IMG/VR virus record: IMGVR_UViG_3300042402_004691
Location: 1-61,670 of that record
Length of the DNA: 61,670 bases
DNA from: a virus
Taxonomy: Duplodnaviria; Caudoviricetes
Strand: one strand, 5' to 3'
In this document: piece after piece, positions 38,873 to 47,258 of the stretch
Layout: each line of letters begins with the position of its first letter
How positions within the stretch are numbered: the first letter of the stretch is position 1
Position numbers and translations under genes: made by a program
The notes under the pieces: generated by a model
What the model saw: only the letters and a program-made list of their open reading frames with translations
What the model was told of the DNA's origin: nothing
Databases searched by the model: none

Positions 38873-39603
38873 GTAAAGTATTAATAATAGGGGAAAATTG
38901 TATAGATGTATTTGTTTATGGACATTCAAAAAGAAAATCACCAGAGGGAGCAGGACCAGTCTTTACTCCAATTGAAGAAGTATATGCAGATGGAATGGCA
39001 TATAATACGGCTAACAACATTGTTGCAATGGGGTTGGATGTAGATATCATAACTAACGCTGAAGAAATGATAAAGCGTAGATATTTGGATATGGATACCA
39101 ATCATTTATTTTTAAGAGTGGATGAAAACGATAAAGTATCTCAATATGATATCAACGAACTGCCAGATTTATCAAACTATTCTGCGGTTTTAATATCGGA
39201 CTACCACAAAGGTTTCTTAACCGAAGATGATATTAGTTATATAGCAGAAAGACATCCGTTGGTGATAGTTGATACTAAAAAAATATTGGGTGATTGGTGT
39301 AAGGAAATTAACTTTATAAAAATAAACCGAACCGAATACTTAAATAATGCAGAAGTTATTAACAACAACCAATGGTTGGTGGATAAACTACTAATTACAT
39401 TTGATAAGGATGGTACAATCCATAAAGGCGTTAGGTATCCTGCCGAAAATGTAGAAGTGGTGGATATATGTGGTGCAGGTGATACCTTTGTAGCAGGATT
39501 TACCAAAGAATACATCGAAACTGAAGATGTTGATAAATCCATAGTTTTTGCAAATAAAGCCGCATCCGTTGTTATACAAAAAAGAGGAGTAGGGATTTAT
39601 TAA
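38869..39603 (+). CDS. rfaE1: Heptose-7-phosphate kinase (HldA / RfaE domain I, PfkB family)
   Basis: VLIIGE.CID.F.YG...R.SPE, LRVD, ISDYHKG, KIN..E, DICGAGDTF motifs. Confidence 0.85.
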   Translation: MSKVLIIGENCIDVFVYGHSKRKSPEGAGPVFTPIEEVYADGMAYNTANNIVAMGLDVDIITNAEEMIKRRYLDMDTNHLFLRVDENDKVSQYDINELPDLSNYSAVLISDYHKGFLTEDDISYIAERHPLVIVDTKKILGDWCKEINFIKINRTEYLNNAEVINNNQWLVDKLLITFDKDGTIHKGVRYPAENVEVVDICGAGDTFVAGFTKEYIETEDVDKSIVFANKAASVVIQKRGVGIY

Positions 39604-39621
39604 AAAAAAAGTAAAAAAGAC

Positions 39622-39652
39622 TTGGAATTACAAAAATACTTTCGTATATTTG
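39622..39652 (+). promoter_or_regulatory. Bacteroidota-type promoter driving a non-coding region
   Basis: TTGG(39622) N19 TATATTTG(39645-39652). Confidence 0.75.
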
Positions 39653-39660
39653 TTCTAAGA

Positions 39661-39768
39661 AAATGAGAAAAGGTAGTTGAAGCCAACAACTAATAAAACC
39701 GATTGTGTGATGCCCAGTCATATTTAAGTATGACACGCTAAAAAGCCGGATACTACCGCCTCTCATTT
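39661..39768 (+). ncRNA. Candidate structured small RNA (6S-like rod with central bubble)
   Basis: AAATGAGA/TCTCATTT and GGTAGT/ACTACC closing helices, GTCATA/TATGAC apical hairpin, A-rich internal loop; starts just after the -7 element; no + strand ORF. Confidence 0.6.
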
Positions 39769-39816
39769 GAAAAATTAAAAAATTATATATTTATATACAA
39801 ACTAAAAAAAAATAAT

Positions 39817-40143
39817 ATGTCACTAGAAAATGTACCTGTAAAAAATTCAATTGAAATCGAAACTGTTAAGTTGGACGAAAATATTTTGAATGAACTTAAA
39901 GAATTCAACCAATCAATTGCTAACACTTTAACTGGATTGGGTGAGCTTCATGTAAGAAAGCAAGAACTGCACGAGGAACTTACCAGATTGGAAACTCTAA
40001 GAGGTGAATTGGAGCAAGAGTTCAAAGATAACAATAATTCTTTGAAGAAGAAAATTGATAAGCTTCAAGAAAAGTATCCAGGTGGTAGAATTAACCTACA
40101 AGAAGGAACTATCCAATATCAGCCTGAAGCAAATCAGCGATAA
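39817..40143 (+). CDS. Small coiled-coil protein, paralogue of 34783-35064
   Basis: Shared EKYPxG..L.EG C-terminus; ATATTTAT at 39787. Confidence 0.75.
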   Translation: MSLENVPVKNSIEIETVKLDENILNELKEFNQSIANTLTGLGELHVRKQELHEELTRLETLRGELEQEFKDNNNSLKKKIDKLQEKYPGGRINLQEGTIQYQPEANQR

Positions 40144-40165
40144 TAAATAGTTAGCACTAAAATCT

Positions 40166-40202
40166 AAAAGAATTGGAAAAATCATAAATTCCAATTCTTT
40201 TT
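40166..40202 (+). terminator. Intrinsic terminator
   Basis: AAAAGAATTGGAA/TTCCAATTCTTTT 13-bp stem. Confidence 0.75.
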
Positions 40203-40238
40203 ATATTTATAGGGTATAGAGACATACTCATTCAATAA

Positions 40239-43200
40239 ATGAATAATTTAGGAAAATACTTAGTTGAAGAATTATTAAAAGAAATTGAAAATATTACAAA
40301 TTATGTTGTAGTATATTCAGGTAGATTTCAACCATTTCATAAAGGGCATTACGCAACTTACGAACATTTAGTTAAAAAGTTCGGAAAAGATAATGTTTAT
40401 ATTGGAACCTCCGATAAAACAGATAATCAAAAATCTCCATTTAATTTTAAGGAAAAGAAAACCATTATGACTAAAATGTTTGGAATATCTCCAAATAAAA
40501 TAGTTTTGGTTAAAAATCCTTATGCTCCAATGGAAATCCTAAAAAACTATGATGAAACTACAACTGCATTTATTACTGTAGTTGGTGAAAAGGATGAGCA
40601 GAGATTAGGTGGTAAGTATTTTACTCCATACAAAGGAGATTTGGATAGTGGATATAAAGATAAGGGATATGTGTACGCTTCACCTGCACAACCAAACGCA
40701 ATTAGTGGAACTGATGTAAGAAATTGGTTAGGAAAGGGTGAGATGGAAGATAGAAAACAACTTTTTAATAAAGCGTATCCAAAGTTTGATAAAAATATAT
40801 TTGATTTAATAACTAAAAAGTTAGATACCTTAAATGAGTCTAGTTCAATTGACTCGGGTGAACCTGACGTGGGATATTATGCGGATGGTACTAAACGAAT
40901 ACTGAATGGAGCTAAGCCAGAAATATGGTTTAAGCAAGGTGGATACATTCAGTTAGATAAACCTAAATCCGATTACATGAGAGGAAAGGGTAAGAATAAA
41001 GATACTGAGTCTCAATTCCGTAAAGTTACTTATGCGTTAAAGGGAGTTACCGCTCCAAAAACTGCTAAAGATAGTAAATCCAAAGTTGCACCATATCAAG
41101 TTGATAAATGGAAAAATGTAACATCTAAAAATGTAAAGAAAAAAGAAGATAGGTATTGGGATTTGGATAAAGTTAATGAAAGGATTTTTATACCAAAAGA
41201 GTTTATCGAAGAATGGGTTACTGAAAACTTAAATAGGATTTTAAGTGAAATATCAACATCAACTGCGGGACCTGCTACTAATAATGGGAAGATAGTAGAT
41301 GATGGACCTAATTTATTTTTTCCAAACTATGATACATTTAATGCTGTATCAAAAGTAAGAGCGGAGCAGATTGGATACACAATTTTCCAACAGATAATGG
41401 ATAAAAAGTATGAGGATTATTACGAACATCCAATATATCCAAAAGGACCACCATCAGTAGTTTCACCATTTCCTGCCGGAGTTATCGATGATGCATCCAA
41501 TGAAAAAGATTTAGCGGGTATTGAAGCATACGATGAATGGTATACTCACATCACTCGTTCTATGGCATTAGTGGGATATGAATTAGTTAAAGATTTTGAT
41601 AAATCATTTAAGGATTTGGCAATTAAAGATGCTGATAATATGAAGAAAGATGCTGGTGTAGAAAAAATAAAAAATACTGTTGTGGAAAGTGGTATGGGTT
41701 TGGCAATGGGTTACCCATCAAAAGAGCAACTCCTTCAAAAGAAAAAGGAAAGAGATGAGTTGAGAAAGAAAATGGATAAGGAAAGTGAATACTACCAAGC
41801 AGTAGAAGAAGATATTACTATACCATTGAATGTGGGTGATACGGTTTTAGGTGGCAAGTTTAAGAATAAAAAAATTGTGGTTAAGGATATAAGTAAAAAC
41901 GAAAAGGGAGAAGTGACAGTAAATGGAAAATCCCTATTAAAATACAGATTGATTGATGAAGCATACGATGAAGTAATTGCTGAATTGATGAAAGACCCAC
42001 AATTTGAAGGATTGTTGAGTGAAATACCAATGGCTGATTTACAACAACTTGATAAATTTGCAGATAAACAATTAGACCCTATTGATGTTGTATTAACCGG
42101 AAGACACTTTTTAGAAAGATTAGTTGATCCACGAAATAGTAAACCAATATCAGCTGCAGAACTTACTGGATTTTTTAAGAGATTGGCAAGAAAAAAGAAT
42201 GAGTTTGTGGAATTTCTTAAAAAATATGGTGAAATAGTTGCAAAGGATAACAGAACTAAAATCAACATTCCATTTATGCAACAGGCTAATAAGGCGATTG
42301 CAAAAACAATAATGAGAAAGGATGATTTTAAGACTCCATCACCTGAATTAAAGTTTGAAGTCATAACTGAAGATACTATAAAATACTTATCCAAATCATT
42401 GGGTATGAGTAGAAAAGATATGCCACAAATTAGTTCCAAACACATAGGAGATTTTGTGAAGTATCTAAACGATAAAGGAGTATCAGTATCACCATCAGTA
42501 ATAGATGTATCTAAAATTGGAATGACCCAAAAGGATATAAATGTGGATAAGGTAAAGGATTTATTGGGAGTGGAAAAATCCAACTTAGCAAAACCTGTTA
42601 TCATATCAAACGATGGATATATTTTGGATGGTCACCACAGAGTTGCAGCATTGTATAATGTGGATAAAAACTTTAAGTTAAAAACTATAAAAGTAGATCT
42701 AGGAATTAAGGATTTATTGAAAGCTGCGGGTGAGTTTCCAAAGGTATCATATAAGGGGATAGAAGAATATGCTGGATTTAAGACAAGTCATATTCAACCT
42801 GCTCCACCTATGAAAGGATTGGATGATCCTGATGATAATTGGAAAGATGTAAAAGAAGGATTGATTACAGAAGGTGGAGCGTATGGTCATATGAACCATC
42901 CGTTTGATACCGATATTAACTTAACTTTTGGGCAACTAAAGGATATTGTTAAAAAGGCATTGAATGGTGAATTGGAATTGACGAGAGAAAAAACCGATGG
43001 ACAGGCATTAGCAGTTAGTTGGGTAAATGGTAGATTGGTAGCAGCTAGGAACAAATCACACTTAAAGGATAAAGGTAAAGGTGCGATGGATATAAACGCA
43101 GTTGCTGCTAAGTTTGGTGGTAGAGGTGGATTAACCGATGCATACAACTTTGCAATGAAAGACCTTTCTGTTGCGGTTGATAAATTATCACAAAAGCAAA

Positions 43201-44069
43201 AAGATAAGATATTCGGTGGTGGTTCTAAGTTTATGAACTTGGAAGTTATATACCCATCATCAGTAAATGTTATACCATACGGACAGGCATTATTAGTATT
43301 TCACGGTACATTTGAGTACGATGAGGCTGGTAATATCATAGGTGAAGACCAGAATGCGGGTAAGATATTAGCGGGTATGATTAAACAGATAAATCAAAAT
43401 GTTCAATCCAAATATACTATACAAGGACCTCCTGTTGTAAAACTACCAAAGAACAAAGAGTTGAGTAAATCCCAACCTAAGTACTTTGCTATGATTTCTA
43501 AATTACAAAGTGAGTTTGGATTGAACGATAATCAAGGAGTAGCTGAATATCACCAAAAATGGTGGGAACAATTTATAGATAAAAATGCAAAAGGATTAGA
43601 TGCTCAACAAAAAATTGGATTAGTTAAGAGATGGGCATTTGGGGATAAAGGATTTAGATTAAAAGATATCGAAGATGAAACTATCCGTAATTGGGCAGAA
43701 GGAATTGATAAAACTGATCACTCAAAAATAAGTAAAGATAACTTAATGAAGTTTGAGAGAATATTTTTAGGAGTGGGAGCAGAAGTTCTATCATTTATGA
43801 GTTCAGTTCTAACTGTAAATCCGGATAAAGCAAAAAGAGCAATGGTTGATAGGTTAGAAGCCGCTATAAAGGATGTTGAAGCTAAAGGTGATGAAAAGCA
43901 GATACAAAAATTGAAATTGGAATTGCAAAGATTGCAAGATTTGGGAGGAGTTGATAAGATTGTTCCTAATGAAGGTATTGTATTTGTTTATGGTGGAAAT
44001 ACGATGAAACTAACTGGAGCATTCGCTCCTCTTAATCAACTATTGGGGATATTTTTTGATGGTAAGTAA
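40239..44069 (+). CDS. Multi-domain protein: HxGH nucleotidyltransferase, KOW-like, ParB/Srx-like and ligase-like domains
   Basis: GRFQPFHKGH...SGTDVR; VGDTVLGGKFK; PVIISNDGYILDGHHR; EKTDG; domains separated by xxE sites. Confidence 0.7.
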   Translation: MNNLGKYLVEELLKEIENITNYVVVYSGRFQPFHKGHYATYEHLVKKFGKDNVYIGTSDKTDNQKSPFNFKEKKTIMTKMFGISPNKIVLVKNPYAPMEILKNYDETTTAFITVVGEKDEQRLGGKYFTPYKGDLDSGYKDKGYVYASPAQPNAISGTDVRNWLGKGEMEDRKQLFNKAYPKFDKNIFDLITKKLDTLNESSSIDSGEPDVGYYADGTKRILNGAKPEIWFKQGGYIQLDKPKSDYMRGKGKNKDTESQFRKVTYALKGVTAPKTAKDSKSKVAPYQVDKWKNVTSKNVKKKEDRYWDLDKVNERIFIPKEFIEEWVTENLNRILSEISTSTAGPATNNGKIVDDGPNLFFPNYDTFNAVSKVRAEQIGYTIFQQIMDKKYEDYYEHPIYPKGPPSVVSPFPAGVIDDASNEKDLAGIEAYDEWYTHITRSMALVGYELVKDFDKSFKDLAIKDADNMKKDAGVEKIKNTVVESGMGLAMGYPSKEQLLQKKKERDELRKKMDKESEYYQAVEEDITIPLNVGDTVLGGKFKNKKIVVKDISKNEKGEVTVNGKSLLKYRLIDEAYDEVIAELMKDPQFEGLLSEIPMADLQQLDKFADKQLDPIDVVLTGRHFLERLVDPRNSKPISAAELTGFFKRLARKKNEFVEFLKKYGEIVAKDNRTKINIPFMQQANKAIAKTIMRKDDFKTPSPELKFEVITEDTIKYLSKSLGMSRKDMPQISSKHIGDFVKYLNDKGVSVSPSVIDVSKIGMTQKDINVDKVKDLLGVEKSNLAKPVIISNDGYILDGHHRVAALYNVDKNFKLKTIKVDLGIKDLLKAAGEFPKVSYKGIEEYAGFKTSHIQPAPPMKGLDDPDDNWKDVKEGLITEGGAYGHMNHPFDTDINLTFGQLKDIVKKALNGELELTREKTDGQALAVSWVNGRLVAARNKSHLKDKGKGAMDINAVAAKFGGRGGLTDAYNFAMKDLSVAVDKLSQKQKDKIFGGGSKFMNLEVIYPSSVNVIPYGQALLVFHGTFEYDEAGNIIGEDQNAGKILAGMIKQINQNVQSKYTIQGPPVVKLPKNKELSKSQPKYFAMISKLQSEFGLNDNQGVAEYHQKWWEQFIDKNAKGLDAQQKIGLVKRWAFGDKGFRLKDIEDETIRNWAEGIDKTDHSKISKDNLMKFERIFLGVGAEVLSFMSSVLTVNPDKAKRAMVDRLEAAIKDVEAKGDEKQIQKLKLELQRLQDLGGVDKIVPNEGIVFVYGGNTMKLTGAFAPLNQLLGIFFDGK

Positions 44070-44118
44070 AATATCTAAAATCTAATTTATATATATTTAT
44101 ATATAAACGGAAAAGTTT

Positions 44119-44796
44119 ATGGCAAAAGAGTTTAACAAAAAGTTCATGCACCCAACTCGTAGAAAGTTGGTAGATATGGTTTTGTATGGTAAAGAATATG
44201 ATACTGATGCTAGAATTGGATATGAGGGTGAGAGTTCTAAAAAAAGAGAAGTTGGCGAAGTTTGGACAGATGGTGATGGTGTAACTTGGGAGCAACACTC
44301 ATATGGAAGAGTTCAGCAATCAGACCTAACCGATACAATGAAGGAAGTCCGAAGTTGGTTGCAGAAACAGAAGGAGTGTAAAAATGAAACCTGTTCTAAA
44401 ACTGAGTTTGGTTATACTGATAAGAAGTTAATTAAAAAGACTGGATATTGTGTTGATTGCCTCGTTGATAAAGAAGCTATAATTAAAGGAGATGGATTGT
44501 GGATAGAGTATTCACAATACAGAATGGCTCAAAATATGATTTCACATGGAAACGAAGTCCTATTACAATTAGATCAAGCATTAAGAGATGTAAAAGAAGA
44601 ATACGAAATTGTAAATGAGGATGGTAGTATTGAGAAATGGAAAATGGAAAAAAGTGTGGATGAAATTAAAGGTGAAATAAATGCCGATATAAGTAAAATA
44701 CACGATGAGTTAAAAGATATTATTTCAATTAGGGATGCAGCTTGGGAAAAGCTAAAGGATAAGAATTACGATTTAGTATCTCCTCCAATTGTGTAA
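44119..44796 (+). CDS. Hypothetical protein with Cys motifs, directly upstream of terminase
   Basis: C-x4-C...CVDC; ATATTTAT at 44093; possible small terminase by position only. Confidence 0.65.
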   Translation: MAKEFNKKFMHPTRRKLVDMVLYGKEYDTDARIGYEGESSKKREVGEVWTDGDGVTWEQHSYGRVQQSDLTDTMKEVRSWLQKQKECKNETCSKTEFGYTDKKLIKKTGYCVDCLVDKEAIIKGDGLWIEYSQYRMAQNMISHGNEVLLQLDQALRDVKEEYEIVNEDGSIEKWKMEKSVDEIKGEINADISKIHDELKDIISIRDAAWEKLKDKNYDLVSPPIV

Positions 44797-44799
44797 AGT

Positions 44800-46389
44800 A
44801 TGAGTATTCAAAAAAAATCATTAAAGGAAATTGTAGCGGATGAATATGTAAGGTGTTCAAAAGATCCTATACATTTTATGCGAAAGTATTGCATGATACA
44901 ACATCCTGTTAGAGGAAAAGTTCCATTTCACTTATATGAATTTCAAGAAAAAACTTTAACTGAATTATCAAACAATAGATTTAACATTATTCTAAAATCT
45001 AGACAGACTGGTATATCAACTCTTTCTGCTGGATTTTCTTTGTGGAAAATGTTATTCAACTCAGACTTTAATGTGTTGGTTATTGCTACAAAGCAGGAAG
45101 TTGCTAAAAACCTAGTAACCAAAGTAAGGGTAATGCATGAACTTCTACCTACCTGGTTAAAGGGTGGGAGTTTAGAAGATAATAAACTTTCCCTACGATT
45201 AAAAAATGGTTCCCAAATTAAAGCAATTGCTTCTTCACCAGATGCTGGGCGTTCTGAAGCACTCTCCCTACTAATTTTTGACGAAGCGGCATTCATTGAT
45301 GATATTGATGAAATATGGGCATCTGCTCAATCTACCCTTTCAACTGGTGGTAGTTGTATTGCGTTATCTACTCCTAATGGTGTGGGTAATTGGTTTCACA
45401 AAACTTGGGTAGGTGCTGAAGAAATGACAAATCCGTTTGTTCCAATTTCACTTCATTGGACATTACATCCGGAGAGAGATCAAAAATGGAGAGATGAGCA
45501 AAGTAAATTGTTGGGGGTTAAAATTGCAGCACAAGAATGTGATTGCTCATTTATTTCATCTGGTGATACTGTAATTGATCCTGATACATTGTTATTCTAT
45601 AAAGAAACATATTGTAAGGAGCCTGTTGAAAAGGGATACATAGATGGAAACTTATGGAAGTGGGAATATCCAGACTTCCAAAAATCATATATGGTTGTAG
45701 CTGACGTTGCAAGAGGTGATGGAGCTGACTTTTCAACTGCTCATGTCATTGATGTAGATACTGCAACTCAGGTAGCAGAATACAGAGGTAAGTTGGAAAC
45801 GAGAGATTTTGGAAACTTTTTAGTATCAATATCCACAGAATACAATGATGCTCTCCTAATAATTGAAAACGCAAACATTGGTTGGGCAGTAATTCAACAG
45901 GTGATAGATAGGGGATATAAAAACTTATTCTATATGAGTAAGGACTTGAAGTATGTAGATGTTGAGCATCAAATAACTAATAAATACAGAGCAGAAGAAA
46001 GGGGATTGGTTGCAGGATTTTCAACTACATCTAAAACACGTCCTTTAATTATATCCAAATTAGATGAATACTTTAGAGAAAGGACTGTTATAATTCGTTC
46101 TATACGATTGATAGATGAACTATTTACATTTATATTCATAAATGGTAGAGCAGAAGCAATGAGAGGATATAATGATGACTTGGTAATGGCGTTTGGAATT
46201 GGATTGTGGGTTAGGGATACCGCATTGAGATTGAGACAGCAGGGTATAAATCTAACTAAACACGCATTAGGTGGTATAGGATCGAACACTTCAATATACG
46301 ATGGAATGTATGGTGGAGTTGAGATGGATGAGAACCCTTGGAAAATGAAAGTGGGTGATAGTATTGAAGATTTAACAAAATGGTTGTAG
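44800..46389 (+). CDS. terL: Terminase large subunit (T4 gp17-like)
   Basis: LYEFQ, KSRQTGIS Walker A, LIFDEAAF Walker B, STPNG, ADVARG, ENAN, NDDLVMA nuclease motifs. Confidence 0.95.
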   Translation: MSIQKKSLKEIVADEYVRCSKDPIHFMRKYCMIQHPVRGKVPFHLYEFQEKTLTELSNNRFNIILKSRQTGISTLSAGFSLWKMLFNSDFNVLVIATKQEVAKNLVTKVRVMHELLPTWLKGGSLEDNKLSLRLKNGSQIKAIASSPDAGRSEALSLLIFDEAAFIDDIDEIWASAQSTLSTGGSCIALSTPNGVGNWFHKTWVGAEEMTNPFVPISLHWTLHPERDQKWRDEQSKLLGVKIAAQECDCSFISSGDTVIDPDTLLFYKETYCKEPVEKGYIDGNLWKWEYPDFQKSYMVVADVARGDGADFSTAHVIDVDTATQVAEYRGKLETRDFGNFLVSISTEYNDALLIIENANIGWAVIQQVIDRGYKNLFYMSKDLKYVDVEHQITNKYRAEERGLVAGFSTTSKTRPLIISKLDEYFRERTVIIRSIRLIDELFTFIFINGRAEAMRGYNDDLVMAFGIGLWVRDTALRLRQQGINLTKHALGGIGSNTSIYDGMYGGVEMDENPWKMKVGDSIEDLTKWL

Positions 46390-46429
46390 TTTTAAGTTTT
46401 TTTATATTTATAGTATAACCTAAATAACT

Positions 46430-46993
46430 ATGAGATTACTTACTGAAAATAAAAGGGTTCGTATAAGTGAAGGATTGAATTGGCATATAACTAATAAAAC
46501 TCCTTTGTATGAGAATGTATATAGATTTGGTAGTAAAAACTATTTTCGTCTTTTCAATGAAGCGAGAAAATTATATAATAAGGGGTTGTTAGAAATAAGT
46601 TCTTCAACTGATAGATGGTTAATGAAAACCGATATTGGAAAATTGGGTTTATATGAAGGTAAGTTGGTAATGTTGGATATACCAATACAGATAAACGAAG
46701 CTGAATATCAAGGTAAAGATGTTGAACTCAATAAACCAAAAAGAAGTTCGGGTCCAAAGAAATACAAAGTGTATGTAAACAACGATAAGGGAAATGTAGT
46801 AAAAGTAAACTTTGGGGATGTTAAAGGCGGATTAAGTGCAAAGATAGATGACCCGGAAGCGAGAAAGGAATTTGCAAATAGACACGATTGTAAAAGTAAA
46901 AAAGATAAAACTAAAGCAGGTTATTGGAGTTGTAATCTCCCACGCTATTGGAAAGCACTGGGTGGTAGTGATAATATGAATACTTATTGGTAA
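46430..46993 (+). CDS. Hypothetical two-module protein, putative head protein
   Basis: MRLLTE leader; INE|AEYQG junction; KKYKVYV...VKVNFG...F..RH.C...AGYWSC module. Confidence 0.65.
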   Translation: MRLLTENKRVRISEGLNWHITNKTPLYENVYRFGSKNYFRLFNEARKLYNKGLLEISSSTDRWLMKTDIGKLGLYEGKLVMLDIPIQINEAEYQGKDVELNKPKRSSGPKKYKVYVNNDKGNVVKVNFGDVKGGLSAKIDDPEARKEFANRHDCKSKKDKTKAGYWSCNLPRYWKALGGSDNMNTYW

Positions 46994-47253
46994 TGAAAGC
47001 GTATACTGAAAGTATAAAGAGTGAATATATAATAAGAGAGTTTGATGCTAATATAGATGTTAGTGAATTAGTTTGGCATAGAGATAAAAAGGATAGAGTA
47101 GTTGAAGTGGTAAGTGGAAATGGTTGGAAGTTTCAAATGGATAATCATTTACCATTAGAATTGAAAGAGGGAATGGTGTTACAGATACCTAAAGAAACTT
47201 TCCATAGAATAGGTAAGGGGGATACGAAATTGGTTATAAAAATTAAAGAATAA
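46993..47253 (+). CDS. Small cupin-fold protein
   Basis: WHRD...IPKETFHRI cupin His motifs; TAATG coupling at 46991-46995. Confidence 0.65.
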   Translation: MKAYTESIKSEYIIREFDANIDVSELVWHRDKKDRVVEVVSGNGWKFQMDNHLPLELKEGMVLQIPKETFHRIGKGDTKLVIKIKE

Positions 47254-47258
47254 AAAAA

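Noticed and set aside
39572-39766. 64-aa minus-strand ORF over the candidate ncRNA
   Set aside because: No promoter motif or recognisable protein features; the + strand promoter and pairing explain the region better
41792-42604. 270-aa antisense ORF and the many other short minus-strand ORFs inside large genes
   Set aside because: Shadow frames of strongly biased + strand genes with no motifs or expression signals
44800-46389. Intein or intron in terminase, portal, primase or capsid genes
   Set aside because: Lengths are ordinary, motifs are contiguous, and no intein C/S...HN ends or LAGLIDADG motifs were seen
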